Source: Camelus ferus
Taxonomy: Eukaryota
Direction of reading: 5' to 3'
NCBI RefSeq assembly: GCF_009834535.1
Contig: NC_045697.1
Coordinates: forward strand, 62,684,001 to 62,748,000
Length of the DNA: 64,000 bases
Shown here in pieces: positions 55,901 through 64,000 of this stretch. The stretch's first letter is position 1; every line of letters begins with the position of its first letter. The notes beneath the pieces were generated by a model. The model saw only the letters and a program-made list of their open reading frames with translations. It searched no databases and had not been told where the DNA came from. The position numbers were made by a program, and so were the translations under genes.

Positions 55901-58900
55901 AATATATATCTGTATGTCTATGTCAACATAGAAATACACATGCTTGTATATAAGTACCTGTATTTATGGCCAGGTTAGTGATCAGTAGGAATTCATAACA
56001 ACTGTCATAATTTCCTCACCTATGTTAGTTTCCAAAATGGCCAGTCTCACAGTAGATCCCTCTGATTTTTAATTGGCACACAGTCTAAATTAAAGTATAT
56101 GATTATCATCAAGAATACCGAATTAAATTCTCATTTGTCTCTGAACAAGCATTCTGTTTAGTAGCAATTGTTGAGAAAAGTTTTAACTCACACCCTTTTC
56201 AGAAACAGTCAAATATATTAATGCATAGGTCTTATGTTTCTTTGAACTCATTTTAGTAATTAAATAGAGCCATTGCCTGAATTCTTCAGTTGTCTCACAC
56301 ATTTGTTGTTGTTCTTTAAAAGAACAAATTACTTTTCAATATTTGTTGACAAAACACTCAGACTTTAAAAATTCTTGAACTGTGTCTTCAATTCTTTGAG
56401 ATTTCAATTTTAAAAATATTGCAATGTTTTTCACCTGATTTAACATCTTAACTTTCAGAGCTAGCAGGTGTTAAAAATCTCAAAGTGGCAAGAGGAGATT
56501 TGATATGCATTAACACTCAGTGTTTACCTCAGATATGAATGACTCCCACAGGACAAAGTGCCAGACAGCTTCTATCCAGGGAGGAGGCTGAATTCAGAGG
56601 AACCTGAAGTGAAAATATTGAATTAATAATGCTAGATTTAAAGCTAGGTCTTAAGTGTTCAAAATGACAAATGGCCACTTCCAACAACTTTCTCAGTAAA
56701 CATGAAATGATCACCAGAAAGAAGAATAACATTTCAAGCGGTTAAAGAAGGATATTTTTCCCTCAAAGTAATAACTCTATATAAGACTACTGGCTCAAGA
56801 CCTTTTGTGATGGTGTCACCACCAGGTTAAGGAAGTATTTCTTCTCTTATCTAGAAATACCTTCTTCCCGGAGCCCCACATCCAATTGACACTGACCATA
56901 CAGTAGATTATGCTCTTAGGATTAGGAGCAGTCCAGACCCATTCATCAACCAACCTTCAAAATGTGCACGCTACTGGAAAGCTTTGTGGTGCTTTAGGTA
57001 ACATAAGCACATGGTTGGAATAGCTAAACTGTGGCCACTCCGGTTAAATTCAATAAATATTATTACCAACTGTAGCTGTCAGAAAATTCTTGCAGGACCT
57101 AAAATGATAATGTTTACAAATTTCTGTTTCATTTCAGCAAAGCAATACAATATAGCAACAACATTAAAGAAAGTATATTCATCAGAGCCAAAGACTGTCT
57201 TCCAGTAAGGGGACCAGAGAGGTCAAGAGTGGGTTCCTACTATCCTCCCTGCCGAAGGGCTATCTGCTTCCTCTCTTGCATTAGGAGCAATCTATCCATG
57301 CACAGAACTCCTCTGAACCAGGGAATGTGAATGGAGTCCAAGTCAAATTTCTTAGACTCTGCTGTTCATGTAGGTATATTTGTGTTCTGTAACCATCCCT
57401 AATGACATAACTCTCCAGGGAACTCACTGAAGCTAGGTGGAAATCATTGAGCTCACAGGTATTGACAAACAGTACCGACAAGTTTATATAATCCCCTCCA
57501 GTTCTCCTCCCCCGAAATTTACCTCAGACTTGTGGTTACAGAGCAATGCTGTTCACCAGGTGTCAGAGACGTGCAGATACATCTCTTACTCTAGTTCAAC
57601 AATTAAGGCCAATTCCAGGGCTGCTGGAATTTGCCATTATGGAACAAAGTGTCTATAAAAAAATTTGTGAGGTTTAGTGACTCTCATGCTCACTGTTTAT
57701 GCTCACTGCTTCAGGGGAGAGGAGCCAACACCTAACCTCTCTGGACCCCTTGTTGGGAGACAGTCTTTCGCTCTGGATGATTTACTAATTTTAATATAGT
57801 TACTATATTGTGTCACTTCCCTGAAATAAAACACAAATTTGTGAACATTATCATTTTGGGTCCCCTAAGTTTTCTATAGCAATTAAACCCTGTCTAACTG
57901 CCACCATTAATGCCCACTCTTAAATTATACTGTGTAGATAGTTTCTTATTTTGCCTATTCATAGATTCAGTCCTCATCATAAATAAAATCAAGCATAACT
58001 TCAAAATGAGACTTTTAGAGCATAACCTCATGCCTTTCTTACCGCAACTACTGCCATGTCCACCATCCTTACAAATTATGCTGCAACCATTAAAAAGACA
58101 GTAACTTGGAGTTCCCAGAACATGCAATGAATTTCCTTGAACCTACACCTAAGCCCAAATTCTTCATTAGTCTGAAGTTTGTTTTCTCCTCCTGTGAAAG
58201 ATGCCCGACCATTTCCTTTCCATTCACACCTCAAAGCAGTGACTGTTTGTCCACAGCCTCCTCCCACAAACCACTTTCTGCCCCTTTCTAGTCACACCCT
58301 GGCCTTATGTAATTGGATTAGGAGTGGATCCATGACACCTGTTCAGGTACTCAGCATTTTTCTTCAGGGATTTTTAGAGAGAGAACTGGCTAGTCATTTG
58401 TCTTTGGGGAACTGAACTGGAAAGTCGGTCTAAATTTTCTGTTGAGGTAGCCATGATTAGCCCTGGCCAAGCAGACTGAGTAAGCAAAGAGCCAACTTAC
58501 AGAGAGAGAAGTGAGGAATCAAAGTAAAATCATGTGGCCCCAGAGAGGGAATGTGTGAGTGAGAACAGCTGCCCAGTGACTTTTCCAAATTCATAGACCT
58601 GCTTATGCTTCCCAGAATTAAGCTATACAGTATTAGCCTGCATACCTAAGTTCCATTTTACATAGGGTAGTCAGAATGGATTATTAAAAAGATATTTTTA
58701 GCATAAACACCACAATCTTCTTAAAGGATTCCTATTCAGTCTTGAAAACCCAACTCAGGCTTGACTTCTGTTGGGAAGCTTCTTCTGATTTGCACAACTT
58801 CTTTCCTCTTGTTTTCTCTATTGTTAATCACCCCCTCCTCAGTATTATCCTGTGCAGATTGTGTCTGCTTATACTTTCATACAAAATCATATAGAACATG

Positions 58901-60022
58901 GCATTTGATAGTTATTTAACAAGTTGTTGAGTGTGACTTTCCCTTATTCCCAGAATTTTGTCAAAGACCCCAAACTGAGGAATGAACAGTGTAAGCATTC
59001 ACCTTCTAAAGAGATTCACCAACAATTGAGGTCAGACATTTTTTTCAAGAATTCACTTCAAGACAAAACTACTTCTTTTAATTCTATACCATTGAGACAA
59101 GGAGAGATCTGGATAGTTAAATTGGAGCTTCATCCAAGAAAATCACTCACAAAGATGCCCAGAACCAGAAACTGAGTCTATTGCCCTAGTTGGATGGTTG
59201 CTGAGCTGAAGGACCTACAAATATGCCTGGCGTGGTCAACAAAATTGAGTTTTGACATGGATCCTTTTGAGTTAGAAGGGGGATAGAGACATAATGACTG
59301 GGGCCAGCTTCTTATTCAGAGATTTCTACTTGTGGAAAGCACATGTCACCGGAAGTCCCTGAAGGGACAGTGATGGTATGTGCCTGAGGGGACCTGGATG
59401 AGCCTCTCTCCTCTGCAGGTCCCTGCAGCCCCAGGGCCTGTGAGGTACCGCTCCAGCACCTCCTGCACCTCCAGTGAAGGAGCACAGAGGCTGCAAGAGG
59501 AAGCTGTAGGGCACTTCAGACAGTCCCCAGTGAGGCACCTGGAGTAGGGCTACAATGTGCAAACCTCTGGTGAGAGATGACACTTCTCCATAAGGAACAC
59601 GAGGCCAGGAGAAAGTGATACTGCCCACAAACACCGCACAGAGAGCCACGTATCAGCAAAGACGACCACTAACCGATAGAGTCAGAAGCAAGCAAGTGGG
59701 CCAGTGTGCTCACACCACATACAGGTAATCAGTGCCTAAATTCACCTCTGCCTACTCCAGAGTCGGGGGTGGGGTGGGAGTGTCTCTGGAGACACCAACT
59801 CCCTCTTCTCTCTACAGGTCTTTGGAGCTACAGGTGTGGCCTAATGGTGGGGAAGAGGAAGTTTGAATTGGTTATGCTACTGAAGCTTTAATATCTCTTG
59901 GGCTAAATTTAATCATTGAAATGTGTCATAAAGTTACCATTTCTACCCAAATTACTTTAAAGTTCAGAAAAAGAAAGTGAACATAGTACGGTTAAAGGCA
60001 ATAAAGAACATTGTAAAAGCTT

Positions 60023-60153
60023 TACTTTTTTTTAACTTAATTTTTTAAATTATTTTTTTGTTTTGTTGTGGGGTTTTTTTTTGGGTGAGGTGGGGTAGGT
60101 AATTAGGTTTATTTATTTACTTAATGGATGTACTGGGGATTGAGCCTGGGGCC
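60023..60153 (-). mobile_element. 5'-truncated Vic-1-like SINE
   Basis: Contains ggtaattaggtttatttatttacttaatggatgtactggggattgagcctggg, with a 12-bp TSD TTGTAAAAGCTT (60011-60022 / 60154-60165). Confidence 0.82.
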
Positions 60154-60474
60154 TTGTAAAAGCTTCACATTTATATCCAACCAAGGTGTGGTTGCTCTAT
60201 CAAGGGGCTACCTTGGTTGACATGTTTGCCTTGCCCTTTGGAGCCAAGAGTCCTTGAGGCAGAGCTTGGACCATTCAGATCAGGGTTCATAGTTCCTCAC
60301 CAGAACCCCAAAACTAGAAGAACCAACTATAATAAATGTGGGATGTAACTGAATAAACATTTACACCTTATGCCAAGGTTTTGTCTAAGGTATTATTGAA
60401 CTCAGGTATGTAAATCTGAATAAACTTCTTCTTCTTTGCAATCCTTCCAGTTTCTAGAGTGGGCTATAACATTT

Positions 60475-61450
60475 GTGACTGTTGATAAGCCTCTATACTC
60501 TGAAATCCTCCAGCCCTAAGTTTCTACAACACGGTTCTTTTCTGATTTTTTTTCCTACCTCTGTATTGCTTCTTAGTCTCCTTTAGAGACTCCCCTTTCT
60601 CTGTCTATTTATTACTTCTCTAAAATTTGCTTCTCATCCTGATCTTCTCATTTTGGTGAATGGCAACGGACACCAAAGACTAAACTCTCCAGAATAAAAA
60701 TCTGTAACTTCTCATATGATCATCTCTTTCTTCATCTTTCACGTCCAATTAGTCAGTAAGTCCTTCAAATCTATGCCCATAGTATTTGAGACATCACTGA
60801 ATCTCTCCCCATTTTTCCACAGTGGAGTCTCCACTTGCACCCTGTTTTATTTTTCTGGATCTCTGAAATAATTTTTGTGGCCCAAGGGCAAGTATCTCCC
60901 TCCTTCAGTATGTTCTCCAAAGGGATCAGGCTGATCTTTCTGAATTTCTGTAATTCTCATGCCCTTCTCTCAAATGACGGTCACCAGAGACTGACCACTG
61001 TTTATAGTGACTGGCCAATAATCCTCTCTGGACTCTGGCCTCCATGTACCTGCCTAGTGTCATCCATGGTTCCTTTTATGTCCTACTCAGTTCTACTGAA
61101 TAGTTACACCTTCCTGAATGTGCATGGTTATTTCATATGTTCTTGCCCAGGCCTGAAAAAGCCTCCGCTTAGTTGTCCATCTGAGAAACAATGGCTCACC
61201 TTCCAGAACCCAGCTCAATAGTCCTTTCTCTCATGAAGCCATTCTTTTCTCTCTATTCCCTGATGCTTGATCACTTCCTCTTTTATGCCCTAACTGTACC
61301 CACTTACAGCATCTTTTTGCAACACTTATGCCCTTATTTGATTACATTTTTGTTTTTTCAGTTTCTCTGGCTCCAAGCATTACTAGGGCATTACTCAACT
61401 AGTACATATTAGGTGGTCAATAATAGTTTGTTGAAAGAGTAAATAAACAT
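60475..61450 (+). mobile_element. L2 fragment(s)
   Basis: Pyrimidine-rich L2-like sequence (tccaattagtcagtaagtcct, cagctcaatagtcctttctctcatgaagcc) ending ggtcaataatagtttgttgaa. Confidence 0.6.
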
Positions 61451-63819
61451 GTTAAATAGAAGGTCAAAACCACATGACTATAACCAGTAATCTAAGGATG
61501 ATACATATAAATACCATGAATAACAAAATTTTAATTTTAAATGAAACTATTCAAAATTTGATGAATCTCCCTAAATGTCTATTCAGTGCCAAACATGGTG
61601 TTGAATATTAGAAGTACAAATATACTTAAGACACAATCTATGATTTTGATGCACTCAGATTTTATAGCAGACAAATTAGGGTGTGAGATCAATCTTGTCT
61701 CTCCTAATAGAAGGATTCATACTATGAATGAAGACTGTTATGTAAAAAATATACAATTCAAAGTAAATAATGAAGGCAATGAAAAGGATACTCATATAAT
61801 TTATTATGCAAACCAGGCACTTGTGAGAGCAAAAGGAGGCACTAGAATAATCACATGAGGACAGCAGGTAAGTTGTCTACATTTGGACAAACATTCAGAA
61901 TGTATGTTCATTCTAATGATGGGAGAATGATAAAGAGCTCAAACAACGGAGAAATGTCATCCGATTCATTTTGTCTTCATTTCCGATTTCATTTGTCAGT
62001 GTCATCTGATTCATTTTGCTTAAAGCGAGCATGCTCTAATGTTATCCTGTAGATGTTTGGAGGGGATGAAAAGTACATTCAGGGAAACCGATTAGGAAGT
62101 TGTGATAATTATCTACAAAGAAATTATGGGAGCTAAGGAGAAGGCACTGGCAGCGGAAATGTAAAGAGAGAAAATGGACAAGAAACTTAGGAGACGCAAC
62201 GGATATGGTATAAGGATAGTCTGGATGTGAGAACCGAAGGAGAGAGGAAGTCAGATGGCTTTCTGACCTCTGTGTGGGAAGTCTGTGAGGAAGTTAGGGC
62301 CTCCAACAAGAAAATGGCTTCAAGATATATTTGGTAATGTTTTTAAGTTAATGAACTTTTTATTTAAAAGAAAGAGTAAATGAGACAAATCTACTTTGCT
62401 ATTGAAAATGTGAAAATGTGATCTGTACTTATTTGAATAAAGCGTGCTATTTATGTTATACAATGTGAATGTTTATTGCCTTTTGAAAACATACTTAGCA
62501 GTTTTTAAATATATGTAAATTTTATCATTTCCTCTTAAAAACCTTTCCTGACCTGTGAAATTGACCTTAGTATTCACACATCACTGTGCACACTGTTCTG
62601 TTACTATACCTATGACTATTTGGGTCCCCGCTCTTCCAATGCAGGAAACATACGCCGTTATTCTTTCTACCCAGTGCTTTTTCAAATGCCCAGAAGGCAT
62701 TAGAGACTCAATAAATGTGACTTCAAGTGAGCTCTGTGTATACACTATTTTTATAGGAAAAGACATTTCAAAGTTTTAAATTAGCATGCTGGCTGGAGTA
62801 CATGGTGTGCCTGTTATTTCCCATTTACTGGTTGGGGGCAAATACCTGTCAGCAATCTAATGTCAGAGGCATTCAATTAAAAATTATATAATATAAGGTA
62901 GAGGTAATTAATTTAAAAAGAAATAAAGCAAAAGAATGGATTGGAGAATTCCTAAATAGAAGAGACAAACTAAAGATGTGAAAATGTGAAGAAATACTGT
63001 TCTAGGGAGAAAGAACTGTGTGAACACAGAGCTACCACTGCTAAGACAGAGACTCTTCCATTTCTTCCAGAGACTTTGTCTTTGGGATAATGGCACCTGG
63101 AGCTTCTCTGAGTTCTCCAGTAGCAATCAAAGCTCCAGTCATTTGGACTGCGGAAGAGAAGAGGACTGTGTCAGTGAGCATATTTGGATGAAAGTATAAA
63201 GCAGAGCAGGGCTCTCAGGAAGAGAGTTATGTGAAGACAGGAAGGAGACTGGGGTGCAGGGGAGGGGGGTGGGTGAGAAGAGAGACATATGGGTAGAAAA
63301 TAGGCCGATTCTGGGTGTACAGTACAGTAAGGTTTGGGGATAGATCTGATTTCTCTAAGTAGAAATATTTAAAGATGAAGTAAATATTTATTGATGTCAA
63401 ATTTCTTTTTTTTCTCTACATGATGCTAAGTAAAGTATTTTGGTTAGTTTTTCTCTAACTGTAGTAAATAAGTGGTTTTCAGTCAGCCTGGGGTAAGACC
63501 AAAGAATATGCATTTGTAACTAATTCCCCAGGTGGTGCTGATCCTTCAGGCCCAGGAAGCACACCTGGAGAACCAATGAACTAAGCTGACAGATGTCCAA
63601 GTGGCTGATGTCAAGGAAGCACAAGCTAAAGTAAATGTCAGTTGCACTACTTTAATTTCAATTTTTCTAGCGCTTCAGACTATTTTATGAAAATTAGTGT
63701 TTCCTGATACTAATCTTGTAAATATGTAAGTTATAAATGTACGATGATTGCATCACTCAAGTGAAAGTAAAGATCACAAACATCAATAAGAAGTGTTTAT
63801 TGATGTCCTATTAAGGCTC

Positions 63820-63992
63820 AGGCAGTGACTGCAGCATTTTATAAATTAATTAACCTCACTCAATCCTCTGAACTGTGTTGGGTATTAATAATGATATTCA
63901 GTTTGCAGATAAGTAAACAGAACTACAAAGCCATAGATTAGGGTGAAGGACCCTGGCTGGGCTGATCCAGAGTCTTGTTCTCTTCCACACAC
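63820..63992 (-). mobile_element. MIR SINE
   Basis: attaacctcactcaatcctc...tttgcagataagtaaacaga...gatccagagtcttgttctctt. Confidence 0.55.
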
Positions 63993-64000
63993 TCTTCTGT

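Noticed and set aside
59250..60470. Possible ancient LTR element, also at ~54200-54850 and ~58250-58700
   Set aside because: The composition is suggestive, but I could not fix termini or a family confidently enough to call it.
42100..64000. Exons of the neighbouring gene MMRN1 or of an SNCA antisense lncRNA
   Set aside because: No coding exon is recognisable, and lncRNA exons cannot be supported from sequence alone.

Overview
This is mammalian genomic DNA containing the 5' half of the alpha-synuclein gene (SNCA) on the minus strand. It holds a CpG-island promoter with several alternative non-coding first-exon donors (~40.6-42.0 kb), and coding exons 2, 3 and 4 (codons 1-102; 40055-39935, 31196-31155, 25536-25394). 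About 25 kb of intron 4 lies to the left and about 22 kb of upstream intergenic DNA to the right; exons 5-6 are outside the window. Vic-1-type tRNA-derived SINEs point to a camelid (camel/llama/alpaca); this is inferred, not confirmed. The rest is typical repeats: one young 3.9-kb L1, older L1M, L2, MIR, MLT1B, hAT/Tigger elements and microsatellites. I found no new multi-gene system. Most notable observations: (1) an F4L change at a normally invariant N-terminal residue, alongside T53, E68, G95 and S101; (2) a TSD-bounded young L1 with a truncated 3' UTR and ~200 bp of apparent 3' transduction; (3) loss of the CAGUGN iron-responsive-element loop at the exon1/exon2 junction; (4) a possible intron-4 read-through isoform with its own poly(A) signal; (5) a competing +4 splice donor; (6) an ETS/PU.1- and CpG-rich candidate enhancer in intron 4. 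Repeat subfamily names and human comparisons are from memory of consensus sequences, not from searches.
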